Below, piece by piece: positions 17,838 to 27,766 of a stretch of 57,845 bases of DNA. The translations under genes were made by a program, and so were the position numbers. The stretch's first letter is position 1. Every line of letters begins with the position of its first letter. The notes beneath the pieces were generated by a model. It saw only the letters and a program-made list of their open reading frames with translations. It made no database searches and was not told the DNA's origin. The stretch is from an uncultured Clostridium sp. (GTDB taxonomy: Bacteria; Bacillota; Clostridia; TANB77; CAG-508): the NCBI GenBank assembly GCA_900555075.1, contig USJO01000002.1, positions 1 through 57,845 of the forward strand, given 5' to 3'.

Positions 17838-19771
17838 AAGCATTTAACCCTAAAATTACAATAGCAATACCGGTATACAATGGCTCAAACTTTATGAGGT
17901 TAGCTATTGATAGTGCGATTGCTCAAGACTATAAAAACAAAGAAATTTTAGTTATAAATGATGGCTCTACTGATAATGGAGAGACAGAAAAAATTGCTTT
18001 ATCTTATGGAGATAAGATAAGGTATATAAAGAAAAAAAATGGTGGAGTAGCTACTGCACTAAATTTGGCAATAAAAGAAATGAAAGGCGAGTATTTATCT
18101 TGGCTAAGCCATGATGATATATATAAAACTTTTAAGCTAGAAAAGCAAGTTGAAGCTTTAAACAAATTAGATGATAAAACTACAATTATATTTTCAAATG
18201 TTGAATTAATAGACGAAAAAGGAGATATTTTTTGTACAACAAATTATTCAAACTTATTAACTCATGAAGAACTTTGCCAAGGAATATACCCTGTAATAAA
18301 AGGAACAGTTAATGGTTGTTCAATGTTAATCTCAAAAAAATGTTTTGACAAAGTTGGATTATTTAATGAAAATTTAAAAACTTCAAATGACTATGAAATG
18401 TGGTTAAGATTATTTAAAGAGTTTAAATGTTACTTAATAGAAGAACCACTTATACAGTATAGAATTCATAAAAATCAAGACACAAATAAATCTCCATACA
18501 CCTTAAAAGAAGCAAATGTATTATGGGTAGATATAATAAATAACCTTACAATAGAAGAAATAAAAAGTTGGGGATTTGAGCCATTTAATGTATATATGGA
18601 TTTATATTTTCAAATGTATTATAGCAAATACAATGAGGCATATCCAGTTGCTTATAAGAAAGCAAAGGAAATCTATGATAAATCAACACCTAAGGTAAGC
18701 ATAATAATGCCATGCTATAACTCTGAAAAATATATTGAAAAGGCTATACAAAGTGTACTAGAGCAAACATATAGAAATTTTGAGCTAATAATTATAGATG
18801 ATGATTCAACAGATAAAACATGGGAAATCATTGAACAATATGCAAAAAAAGATTTTAGGGTAATATGCACCAGAAAAAGTGAAAATGAAAAAGGAATCTC
18901 TAAATCTATGAACAAGGGAATAGAAATGGCAAGAGGAAAATATATTACTAGAATGGATAGTGATGATATAATTATTCCTGAAAAAATATTAAGACAAGTA
19001 CAATTTCTAGATAAAAATGAAGAATATGGTGTATGCTCTGTAAATATTGCCATGATGGATAACTTAGGAAACACATATAATGAGAATGTTTACCCAGAAC
19101 AAAAAGTCCCATCAGAGTGGACTTTTCTTTGGACAAACCCTATTCCAAATGCACCATGTATGTATAGAGCAAGTATCATAAAAGATAATAATATAACATT
19201 TAGTGATTTAAAAACAGCAGAGGATTATGACTTTCTAGAAAAACTTATAACAAAAACGAAGGTATATATGATTAATCTTCCTTTGTATTATTATAGATAT
19301 AATGAAAAAAGCACATATAACAAAAATAGAAAGGAAACTTTTAAGAATTCACTTAAAATAAGTGAAAAATATTATAATGAAATTATCAAAAATAAAGTCC
19401 CAGATTTTTATAAATTTTTAACTTGGTTTTATGCAAAAGACGATAAACCTGTTATTAAAGATGTTAAAGAGATTAACGAGTTTTTAGAACAAACAGCCAA
19501 AGAATTCAGAGATTTTTACAATTGGACAGATGAACAATACAAAGAGGTAAAAATTGACATACTAAAAATGATTGAAAAATATGCAGTGTTTAAATACCTA
19601 GTTTCAAGATATGGCGGAATAGGAGCAGACTTTGAAACAAAAGAAACACAGCAATTAGCTATAATAAGACTAGCAAGAAGAGGAAAAATGTATTTAAGGA
19701 AAAATGGAGCAAAGAAAACTATTTGTAAGATAGTACAAAAAGTGAAAGGTAAGATATGGAAGAAAAAATAA
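17834..19771 (+). CDS. Tandem double-GT2 glycosyltransferase
   Basis: Two GT2 cores: ITIAIPVYNGSNFM...VINDGSTD...SWLSHDDIY and VSIIMPCYNSEKYI...IIDDDSTD...RMDSDDI. Its start overlaps the upstream stop as ATGA. Confidence 0.75.
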   Translation: MKAFNPKITIAIPVYNGSNFMRLAIDSAIAQDYKNKEILVINDGSTDNGETEKIALSYGDKIRYIKKKNGGVATALNLAIKEMKGEYLSWLSHDDIYKTFKLEKQVEALNKLDDKTTIIFSNVELIDEKGDIFCTTNYSNLLTHEELCQGIYPVIKGTVNGCSMLISKKCFDKVGLFNENLKTSNDYEMWLRLFKEFKCYLIEEPLIQYRIHKNQDTNKSPYTLKEANVLWVDIINNLTIEEIKSWGFEPFNVYMDLYFQMYYSKYNEAYPVAYKKAKEIYDKSTPKVSIIMPCYNSEKYIEKAIQSVLEQTYRNFELIIIDDDSTDKTWEIIEQYAKKDFRVICTRKSENEKGISKSMNKGIEMARGKYITRMDSDDIIIPEKILRQVQFLDKNEEYGVCSVNIAMMDNLGNTYNENVYPEQKVPSEWTFLWTNPIPNAPCMYRASIIKDNNITFSDLKTAEDYDFLEKLITKTKVYMINLPLYYYRYNEKSTYNKNRKETFKNSLKISEKYYNEIIKNKVPDFYKFLTWFYAKDDKPVIKDVKEINEFLEQTAKEFRDFYNWTDEQYKEVKIDILKMIEKYAVFKYLVSRYGGIGADFETKETQQLAIIRLARRGKMYLRKNGAKKTICKIVQKVKGKIWKKK

Positions 19772-21345
19772 AAGTATTAGAAGTCAATAATATAGATTTG
19801 CCTGGGAGAAGATTTAATGGCTATGACTTGATAGACTATTCTTTAAAAAAAGACATTGATATAATCCAAGCAGTAATATACAAGCAATCCCAAAACAATA
19901 AAGTACATCGATTATTAAAAGATAGCGAGCAAATGCAAATGCTTGAAGATATGGAAAAGTTTGAAACTGAAGAACTATCAGTGCACTCCAACTTATCAAT
20001 AACATCACCTGCATTAATAAATAGTAAAGAATATAAGGAAGCAGATATAATCCACTTTCATATGTTCCATAATACAAAACTCTCATTAATATCACTACTT
20101 CAAATATGTAACGAAAAAAAGGTTGTAATGTCTATTCATGACCCATGGACAGTTACAGGCAGATGTGTTCATTTTGGAGAGTGTGAAAAATGGAAAACAG
20201 GATGCAAAAAATGTCAAAACTTGAATACATTATTTGAATTTAAAGATGACAATTGTAGCTCTATGTGGAAACTAAAGCAAATGATTTATAAACAAATTAA
20301 TCCTGAGATTGTTGTATCAAGTAAATATATGTATGATGTCATAAAGCAAAGCCCTTTGACAAAACACTTTACAAATGTTCATATAATTCCTTTAGGAATA
20401 AATTTGAATAAATTTGGCAAAAATGTAAACCAAAAAGAAGCCCGCAAAAAATTCAATATTCCAGAAGATAATATTGTGCTGTTTTTAAGAGCACAAGAAG
20501 CATTTAAAGGAACATCATATATTGTTGAAGCCTTGCAAATGTTAGATACAGATAAAAAGATTACTATTTTAACTTGTGATGAAAAAAATAGATTAGAAGC
20601 AGTAAAAAATAAATATAACATCATTGATTATGGAAGAATGAATAATGAAGAACTGATATATGCATACAATGCTTGCGACATATTTCTAATGCCATCACTT
20701 GGAGAAACGTTTGGACTAATGGCAGTAGAAGCAATGGCGTGTTCAAGACCAGTTATAATATTTGATAACACTGCTTTACCAGCGGTAACTCACGCTCCAG
20801 AGTGTGGTGTACTAGTTGAAAATAAAAATTCTAATAAACTAATGGAAGCAATTGGTAAACTAATAAAAAACCCAGAAGAAAGAAAAAGGCGTGGAGAGTT
20901 AGGCAGAAAAATTTGTGAAGAAGAGTACAATATCGAAAATTATAATAATAGCCTTATTGATTTATATAAAAAAATACCAGAAAGAAAAAGCCAAGATACA
21001 TTTCTATCGAAAAATATAAATTATTATTCAAATGAAAGCATGAAAATTGAACATAAATTAAACAAATTTACAAAAGCCAATTTCAAAGAAAATAGTGTAG
21101 AATATAAAGAACTAATATTTAAAAAAGATAAGTATATTGAAGGAAAAATTGACTATTCAAATAAAGATGTGCAAAAAATAATAAATAACTATAACAATAA
21201 ATTATATGATATAATGTCAAATAGAAGAACAAATAAACTAATTGTAAAAATAAAAAATGCAGTAAAATTGCTATTTACAGATCAAGACAGATTAAAAAAT
21301 AGCATACAGTATAAGTTCAATCAAATATTTAAGAAAAAGGATTAA
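19756..21345 (+). CDS. GT4-type glycosyltransferase with K/N-rich C-terminal extension
   Basis: TGRCVHFGECEKWKTGCKKC Cys cluster and FLMPSLGETFGLMAVEAMACSRP (EX7E region). It is paralogous to the C-terminal half of the 13009-15246 product. Confidence 0.75.
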   Translation: MEEKIKVLEVNNIDLPGRRFNGYDLIDYSLKKDIDIIQAVIYKQSQNNKVHRLLKDSEQMQMLEDMEKFETEELSVHSNLSITSPALINSKEYKEADIIHFHMFHNTKLSLISLLQICNEKKVVMSIHDPWTVTGRCVHFGECEKWKTGCKKCQNLNTLFEFKDDNCSSMWKLKQMIYKQINPEIVVSSKYMYDVIKQSPLTKHFTNVHIIPLGINLNKFGKNVNQKEARKKFNIPEDNIVLFLRAQEAFKGTSYIVEALQMLDTDKKITILTCDEKNRLEAVKNKYNIIDYGRMNNEELIYAYNACDIFLMPSLGETFGLMAVEAMACSRPVIIFDNTALPAVTHAPECGVLVENKNSNKLMEAIGKLIKNPEERKRRGELGRKICEEEYNIENYNNSLIDLYKKIPERKSQDTFLSKNINYYSNESMKIEHKLNKFTKANFKENSVEYKELIFKKDKYIEGKIDYSNKDVQKIINNYNNKLYDIMSNRRTNKLIVKIKNAVKLLFTDQDRLKNSIQYKFNQIFKKKD

Positions 21346-21347
21346 AT

Positions 21348-22631
21348 ATGAAAGATAAAATAAGCAAATTTAAGTCTTTAATAAAAAAATATGGTATTTT
21401 AGGTACCATTAAAAAGGTATTAAACTATGTATTTTCAATAATAATGAATATATTACATAGTTTAAACTTTATCGAAAACAAAAAACTATCAAAAAGTTTA
21501 GATGAAATTATTGAAATCAAAAATTATGATAGAATAATTATATGGAGAAGTAATTTTGGATGGAATGTGCCATTATTTCAAAGACCACAACATATAGCAC
21601 TTAATTTAGCAAAGCAAAAATGCCTAGTATTTTATGAAGTTACACATTTTACAGATAAAATTAGAGGAATAAAAAAGGCAAATGATAATTTAGTATTAAT
21701 TAATTTAGAAAATAAAAGTGTTCAAAAATTATTATTTACAAAGCTTAAAAATACTAACAAACCAAAATACATACAAATATATTCAACAGATTGGAATATG
21801 AAATTGGAGGAATTAAAAAAATATATACAAAGTGGATACAAAATAATATATGAGTACATAGATGAAATAAACCCAGTACTTTCTGGAACTAAAGAAATAC
21901 CGGTTAATATAAAAGAAAAGTATGAATATATGCTTCAAGACAAGAAAAACGTATTTGTAGTAGTTACAGCAGACAAATTAAAACAAGATATTGAGCAAAA
22001 ACGAGGGAAAGAAAAACTAGTATTTGCTTGCAATGGAGTAGACTATGAACATTATCAAAATATAGATAAAGATTTCAAATTTGATGATGGATTTCAAAAA
22101 ATTCTAGATGAGAAGAAACCAATAATAGGCTATTATGGTGCTTTTGCAAGTTGGTTTGATTACAATTGCATAAAAAATTTAGCAATAAAAAGACCGGAAT
22201 ACAACATAGTTTTAATAGGGACAAAATATGATAATTCACTTGAGAAATCTAAAATAGAAGAGATGAAAAACATTCATTTTCTAGGAGCAAGAGATTATAA
22301 AATACTAAAAAATTATGCAGCAAAATTTGATGTATGTACAGTACCATTTATTATAAATGATATTACGAAAGCCACATCACCATTAAAAATTTTTGAATAT
22401 ATGGCACTTTCAAAACCAATAGTAACAACAGCTATGGATGAATGCAAAAAATACAAATCGATATTTATAGCAAAAAACAGTCAAGAGTTTGTAGAATTAA
22501 TAGACAAGGCATTAAAATTAAACAAACAAACAGATATCGAATACTTCAAAACGCTAGAGCAAGAAGCGTTAGAAAATACTTGGGAGAATAAAGCAAGAAA
22601 AATAATAAATTTATTAAAAAAAGAGGAGTAA
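21348..22631 (+). CDS. Glycosyltransferase (GT4/TuaH-like)
   Basis: C-terminal SPLKIFEYMALSKPIVTT block, shared with the N-terminal domain of the 8004-9983 product. Lies in the glycopolymer operon. Confidence 0.6.
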   Translation: MKDKISKFKSLIKKYGILGTIKKVLNYVFSIIMNILHSLNFIENKKLSKSLDEIIEIKNYDRIIIWRSNFGWNVPLFQRPQHIALNLAKQKCLVFYEVTHFTDKIRGIKKANDNLVLINLENKSVQKLLFTKLKNTNKPKYIQIYSTDWNMKLEELKKYIQSGYKIIYEYIDEINPVLSGTKEIPVNIKEKYEYMLQDKKNVFVVVTADKLKQDIEQKRGKEKLVFACNGVDYEHYQNIDKDFKFDDGFQKILDEKKPIIGYYGAFASWFDYNCIKNLAIKRPEYNIVLIGTKYDNSLEKSKIEEMKNIHFLGARDYKILKNYAAKFDVCTVPFIINDITKATSPLKIFEYMALSKPIVTTAMDECKKYKSIFIAKNSQEFVELIDKALKLNKQTDIEYFKTLEQEALENTWENKARKIINLLKKEE

Positions 22632-22635
22632 ATAG

Positions 22636-23355
22636 GTGAATAAAGAAAAAGTACTAGGATTTGATGTGTGTACGGAAAGCCCTAAAGAGATGCTAGAAAA
22701 CATATTTAAAAGTTATAAAAAACAAGAACAACTATTTATAGTAAATATGAACCCTGAAATTATTATAGCAAATTATAATAATGAAAAGTTCAAAGAAATA
22801 CTAAATGAGCAAAAATATCAGATTCCAGATGGAACAGGCATTGTATGGGCATCTAAAAAAAATAAAGGTAATATAAAACAAAGAATTACAGGAATAGATT
22901 TGATGATAGATATTTGTGAAAAATCACAAGGTTATAATGCTAGAATTTTTTTATATGGTTCAAAACCAGGTATTGCAACGCTTGCAAAAGAAAATTTAAA
23001 AAATAAATTTCCAAAAATAAATATTGTTGGTGAATGTAACGGATATTGTGATGAGAAAGAAGTAATTTACAAAATAATAGAGAGTAATGCAGATATTGTT
23101 TTTGTAGGAATAGGAAGTCCAAAACAAGAAAATTTTATAATAGAAAACAAAGAAAAATTTCCAAGCGTTAAGATATTTATGCCAGTTGGAGGTTCATTTG
23201 ACGTAATAAGCAAAACAAAAAAGAGAGCACCAAACTGGGTTATAAAATGCAATTTGGAATGGCTATACAGATTATTTCAAGAACCATCAAGAATAGGAAG
23301 GCAAATGAAATTATTGAAATTTATGTATCTAGTAAGGAGAGAAAAAAATGGATAG
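22636..23355 (+). CDS. tagA: WecB/TagA/CpsF-family N-acetylmannosaminyltransferase
   Basis: GTG start after GAGGAG. Motifs [29 protein letters not shown] and MPVGGSFD are typical of TagA. Confidence 0.85.
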   Translation: MNKEKVLGFDVCTESPKEMLENIFKSYKKQEQLFIVNMNPEIIIANYNNEKFKEILNEQKYQIPDGTGIVWASKKNKGNIKQRITGIDLMIDICEKSQGYNARIFLYGSKPGIATLAKENLKNKFPKINIVGECNGYCDEKEVIYKIIESNADIVFVGIGSPKQENFIIENKEKFPSVKIFMPVGGSFDVISKTKKRAPNWVIKCNLEWLYRLFQEPSRIGRQMKLLKFMYLVRREKNG

Positions 23356-24458
23356 AATAAAAGTAATGACTATATTTGGAACAAGACCAGAAGCAATAAA
23401 AATGGCACCACTTGTAAAAGAATTAGAATCAAGAAAGGAAATAGAATGTATTGTCTGTGTTACAGCACAACATAGACAAATGCTAGATCAAGTTCTTGAA
23501 GTATTTGAAATTGAACCAGATTATGATTTAAATATCATGCAAGAACGGACAGACTCTAAGTGATATAACAAGTAGGGTTCTTAAGGGATTAGAAGAGGTA
23601 ATTAAAGAGGTAAAACCTAATATTATACTAGTGCATGGAGATACAACAACAACTTTTGCAGGTGCTTTAGCAGCATTTTACAATCAAGTAGATATTGGAC
23701 ATGTAGAAGCAGGATTAAGAACTTGGAATAAATATTCTCCATATCCAGAAGAAATGAATAGACAAATGGTAGGAGTATTGGCAGATATGCATTTTACACC
23801 AACAGAGAATAGCAAAAATAGTTTATTAAAAGAAGGAAAAAAACCAGAAACGATATATGTTACAGGAAATACAGCAATAGATGCATTAACAACAACAATA
23901 AAAAAAGATTATAAACATCCAATTTTCGAATGGCTAGGAAACGATAAATTAATATTACTTACAGCGCATAGAAGAGAAAATTTAGGAGAACCAATGAGGC
24001 ATATGTTCAAGGCTATAAAAAGAATAGTAGATGAATTTAATGATGTAAAAGTAGTATATCCAGTACACTTAAATCCAAAGGTAAGAGAAATTGCTGATGA
24101 AGTTCTTGGAAATGATGACAAAATAAAACTAATAGAACCCCTAGAGGTAGTAGACTTCCATAATTTTATAGATAAATCATATCTAATACTAACAGATAGT
24201 GGAGGAATACAAGAAGAAGCTCCCTCACTTGGAAAACCAGTATTAGTGTTACGTGATACAACAGAAAGACCAGAGGGAATAGAGGCAGGAACACTAAAAC
24301 TTGCAGGAACAAATGAAAATACAATATATGACATGATTAGAGAATTATTGACAAATCATCAAACTTATGAGAAAATGAGTAAGGCAGTAAATCCTTATGG
24401 TGATGGAACAGCAAGCAAAAGGATAACAGATATAATTATAAAAAAATATTTATTATAA
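23348..24458 (+). pseudogene. mnaA: UDP-N-acetylglucosamine 2-epimerase (MnaA/WecB type) interrupted by a +1 frameshift near 23549
   Basis: ORFs 23348-23563 and 23631-24458 together reconstruct a full MnaA. Frame 2 reads ...DLNIMQER, and frame 0 continues [34 protein letters not shown]. One extra base sits in CGG-A-CAG. Confidence 0.85.
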
Positions 24459-24505
24459 GACGAAACTACGTTCTTTTGTCTTATAATAAAAAGGATGAAA
24501 GAAAG

Positions 24506-24832
24506 ATGAATCAATTAATTGGATTATTATTACCAGGGATAATTAGTTTAAAAATGCATGATAAGATTTTTGGTGAAGTAAAAAACTTAAGAGATAGAAT
24601 AGAACTATATTTTAGTTATGTCTTATTCATAAATTTACTTTCTTACATAATAGTAGTGTATATATTTAAGATACCATTATTTATCTTTACAAATCAATTT
24701 ACGATTAAGTATATAGTACTAGCATTAGTGTTTGCAGTAGTTATACCATTAGTAAAAAAAATAATTAAATATAATATAGAAATAAGAGTGAAAAAAAATA
24801 CTCAAAAAGAAATAGAAGAAAATAATAAATAA
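24506..24832 (+). CDS. Small membrane protein of unknown function
   Basis: 108 aa counted from ATG 24506. The upstream TTG 24476 lies inside the hairpin TTATAAGAC / GTCTTATAA. Has three hydrophobic segments and a basic tail. No recognisable family. Confidence 0.35.
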   Translation: MNQLIGLLLPGIISLKMHDKIFGEVKNLRDRIELYFSYVLFINLLSYIIVVYIFKIPLFIFTNQFTIKYIVLALVFAVVIPLVKKIIKYNIEIRVKKNTQKEIEENNK

Positions 24833-24868
24833 AAAGAATTAGGAACCTACCGTTCCTGATTCTTTTTT
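24832..24868. terminator. Bidirectional hairpin between convergent genes
   Basis: AAAAGAATTAGGAAC / GTTCCTGATTCTTTT, a 15-bp stem with one mismatch. It overlaps the last codons of the minus-strand gene. Confidence 0.6.
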
Positions 24869-26350
24869 CACTAACAAATCAAAACACAATGTAAAGTAAA
24901 TTGTAAAACTCAAACTATTTAACAAATTACCAGACATATAAGAAATTCCTAACAAGAATACAATTGTAATAAAAGCTAATGTATTTACAACATCTAAGTT
25001 CCTAAATTTATTTAAGATTGTTACATATGCAAACCAACTAAGCAAAGCAAAATATGGTGCAAAAACAAGTATTGTACCAATAATTCCCAAAGCGTAATAT
25101 TGTACAACAAAATCCCTTTCAATATTAAAAATATTTTGCAATCTAGTATTAGTAATTCCCAACCATTTATCAAGAGGATTGTTATTTATTTCAACTACAC
25201 GCTGTATTATAGACTTCTCAATGTATCGATAATTTGTGGTTAAAGAAATATCTTTATGTAAAAAATCATACCAAAAATCCGGATCATACGTATAGGGATA
25301 ATTTTCAAATAAAAATTGCTTATGAAGTTTTTGTTTTTCATAGGTTTCTTCTATGTATTTAATCCTACTATCAGAAACTACAGTAGGAGTTTCAACTTCA
25401 CTTGGAATACTTTCATCAGCAACACTTTCTCTAAAGGTTTCTATAACTGTATTTCGCTCATCTATTCTATTAAACATTGGGTTTATTGGTAGTAATGTGG
25501 AATAGACAATTAAGACTAAACCAATAGGAAGAAATTTCTTAATTGAAAAATGCTGCTTTTGTATAAAGTAAATAAATGCAAAAGTAAATACAGTATAAAT
25601 CAACACAACAAATACACCTAACACAGATACTCTAGTACATAACAAAAACAAAGCAAAAACATTAAAAAACAAAGTAAAGCAATTAATAAAGTTACATTCC
25701 TTAAATACTAAATAAATCATAAAAGGTAGAAACATAATTAAAATTGCGCCAATTTGATTGCCATATTCAAAAAGCCCCTTAGATGCCAAATCTTTATAAT
25801 TATATCCAGAATTTTGAGTAAACCACCCAAAGAAGTTATCCTTAATTATAGAATCACTATAACTTCCATAAGAAAATACAAATAAATTGCTAATAACAAT
25901 AACTAAAGTAATTATCAAAACCAAGGATTTCATAATGTTTATAATATTATCTCTTGAAATAGAAGATTTATAAATACAGTAAATAAGTAAAAATGGGGAA
26001 AACATTTTTACAAAATATAAAAATTCTTTAATAACTGAATAATTAAAATTCCCAGGCACTAAAGAAGTAAAGTTTAAAGCATTAATATGATGAAATATAA
26101 AATAAACACCAAACAAAATAGGGTAAGCTAATAAGACATATTGCCACTTACCAAGAAACTTAAATTTACCTTTTTCACTTCTTCTAAAAAAGTAAAACAA
26201 AGTTAATGAAAATATTATAATAACTCTAATCAAGGTTGATATAGAGTTATAAAAAAATTTAACATCAAAAATTGGTTGTATAAGTAAAAATATAACTAAA
26301 AATTTATCCATTATATTATTTACTTTCAGATTTTTCCTCATTATTATCAT
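24839..26350 (-). CDS. Polytopic membrane protein, O-antigen ligase/polymerase-like (Wzy_C family candidate)
   Basis: 503 aa with ten or more hydrophobic segments and one larger hydrophilic loop (aa 300-400). Located immediately downstream of tagO. The start may instead be the internal ATG at 26311, which would remove the 35-nt overlap with tagO. Confidence 0.55.
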   Translation of the reverse strand: MIIMRKNLKVNNIMDKFLVIFLLIQPIFDVKFFYNSISTLIRVIIIFSLTLFYFFRRSEKGKFKFLGKWQYVLLAYPILFGVYFIFHHINALNFTSLVPGNFNYSVIKEFLYFVKMFSPFLLIYCIYKSSISRDNIINIMKSLVLIITLVIVISNLFVFSYGSYSDSIIKDNFFGWFTQNSGYNYKDLASKGLFEYGNQIGAILIMFLPFMIYLVFKECNFINCFTLFFNVFALFLLCTRVSVLGVFVVLIYTVFTFAFIYFIQKQHFSIKKFLPIGLVLIVYSTLLPINPMFNRIDERNTVIETFRESVADESIPSEVETPTVVSDSRIKYIEETYEKQKLHKQFLFENYPYTYDPDFWYDFLHKDISLTTNYRYIEKSIIQRVVEINNNPLDKWLGITNTRLQNIFNIERDFVVQYYALGIIGTILVFAPYFALLSWFAYVTILNKFRNLDVVNTLAFITIVFLLGISYMSGNLLNSLSFTIYFTLCFDLLVKKESGTVGS

Positions 26351-27419
26351 TCCTTATTCTTAAAATATCTTTATATCCAATAGCAACAATTGCAATAATC
26401 ATTAAAGCAAAAGATAAAGCCTTCCAAAGTCCACTATCTAATAGAATAATAGCGAACATACCAAATGTTGCACTTAAACCATATAACATAAGAACAGCTT
26501 GCTTTTGAGAATATCCATGTTTCATAAGTTTATGATGCAAATGCTCCTTATCAGCTTTAAATACTCCTTTAAAAGATTTTGTTTTTATAATTCTCCTAAT
26601 AATAGCAAGTGTTGTATCCAAAAGAGGAAGTGCAAAAACAATAAGAGGAGCTATAATAACAATTGCTGTATAAGTTTTAGCCATACCCAAGATAGAAATT
26701 ATTGATAACGTATATCCTAAGAAATTTGAACCAGTATCGCCAAGAAAAGTTCTTGCAGGATTAAAATTATAGGGTAAAAATCCTAGAAGAGCTCCAGCGA
26801 GTGCAGTAACAAGTAGTATAGAAATTATAGGAGAACCATTTAATGCAAATATTATTAATAAAGATAAGCAAGATATAAGTGAAACACCAGTAGACAAGCC
26901 ATCTAAGCCATCAATTAGGTTGATAGCATTTGTAATACCTATAATCCATACAACAGTAAACACTTTTGCAACAATATCTTCAGCAAAAACGGTGGTGAAA
27001 AATGATACGGAAATACTATTAATTTGAATACCACATAAGGTTATAATTATTGCAGCTAAAGTTTGACCTGCTAATTTAACAAAAGGATTAATATTTTTCA
27101 TATCATCTATAAAACAGAATCCTCCAAGAACGATTGCCCCAGCAAAGAAACCTATTAATTTAATATAATATTGTTCTTCACCGAAAAGATTAATGGTATT
27201 TTCAAGAGACATTACAATAAGTAAATAGATAACTGAAACAGTAAAACCAGCTATAATAGCTAAACCACCAAGTCTTGGCATAGGCTTTTTATGAATTTTT
27301 CTAGATTCTTTTGGAATATCAAGTGCTCCAACTTTTCGTGCAAGTCTTATGGTGTAAGGCGTAAAAACATAAGCTGTAATAAATGCCAAAAGAAAAGCAA
27401 CTGCTATATCTCCCCACAT
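26316..27419 (-). CDS. tagO: Undecaprenyl-phosphate N-acetylglucosamine-1-phosphate transferase (TagO/WecA, MraY-like family)
   Basis: Motifs FIDDMKN, NAINLIDGLDGL and LGDTGSNFLGY, with about 10 TM helices. AAGGAG lies upstream of the ATG. Confidence 0.9.
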   Translation of the reverse strand: MWGDIAVAFLLAFITAYVFTPYTIRLARKVGALDIPKESRKIHKKPMPRLGGLAIIAGFTVSVIYLLIVMSLENTINLFGEEQYYIKLIGFFAGAIVLGGFCFIDDMKNINPFVKLAGQTLAAIIITLCGIQINSISVSFFTTVFAEDIVAKVFTVVWIIGITNAINLIDGLDGLSTGVSLISCLSLLIIFALNGSPIISILLVTALAGALLGFLPYNFNPARTFLGDTGSNFLGYTLSIISILGMAKTYTAIVIIAPLIVFALPLLDTTLAIIRRIIKTKSFKGVFKADKEHLHHKLMKHGYSQKQAVLMLYGLSATFGMFAIILLDSGLWKALSFALMIIAIVAIGYKDILRIRNDNNEEKSESK

Positions 27420-27456
27420 ATAATTACTCCTTTTATAAAATATACATTACTCTCTA

Positions 27457-27485
27457 ATTGTATCCTCAAAAGCCAAATTTGTCAA
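27457..27485 (-). promoter_or_regulatory. Sigma-A-type promoter for tagO, overlapping the stop codon of the upstream PrgI-like gene
   Basis: Minus strand reads TTGACA (27485-27480), 17 nt spacer, TACAAT (27462-27457). Confidence 0.55.
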
Positions 27486-27766
27486 TCCTTACCATAAAAA
27501 TAAACCTTACTATTTTTAATAAATTTTAAAATATATGAGAGCACGTAAATAATGTTTTCATTATTAAAGCCAAAAATACTAAAAAGAAGTAACGGAAAGT
27601 AAAAACAAATGAATAAACCAATTTTAATATTTATAGAAAGATGAAAAATATTAATAAGTACAAATATAAATAAAGCCCAGGCAACATTAAAAATAGCAGT
27701 TGAATAATCCATAAAACCCAAAAGCTTATTTTTAAAGGTATAATTTTGTGGAATTATAAACTTCAT
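27482..27766 (-). CDS. PrgI/TcpE-like (VirB3-like) small two-TM protein
   Basis: 94 aa. Begins MKFIIPQNYTFKNKLLGF, then two TM helices and a basic tail KFIKNSKVYFY, as in PrgI-family proteins of Gram-positive T4SSs. GAGGTGGTGA serves as the SD, and ATGA overlaps the upstream gene. Confidence 0.5.
   Translation of the reverse strand: MKFIIPQNYTFKNKLLGFMDYSTAIFNVAWALFIFVLINIFHLSINIKIGLFICFYFPLLLFSIFGFNNENIIYVLSYILKFIKNSKVYFYGKD

Noticed and set aside
24462-24494. Recurrent CTACGTT heptamer near hairpins, at about 6336-6350, 24470, 31075 and 32825.
   Set aside because: A rough composition-based estimate predicts around five chance occurrences of this 7-mer on both strands of the window. The flanks do not align apart from repeat copies A and B.
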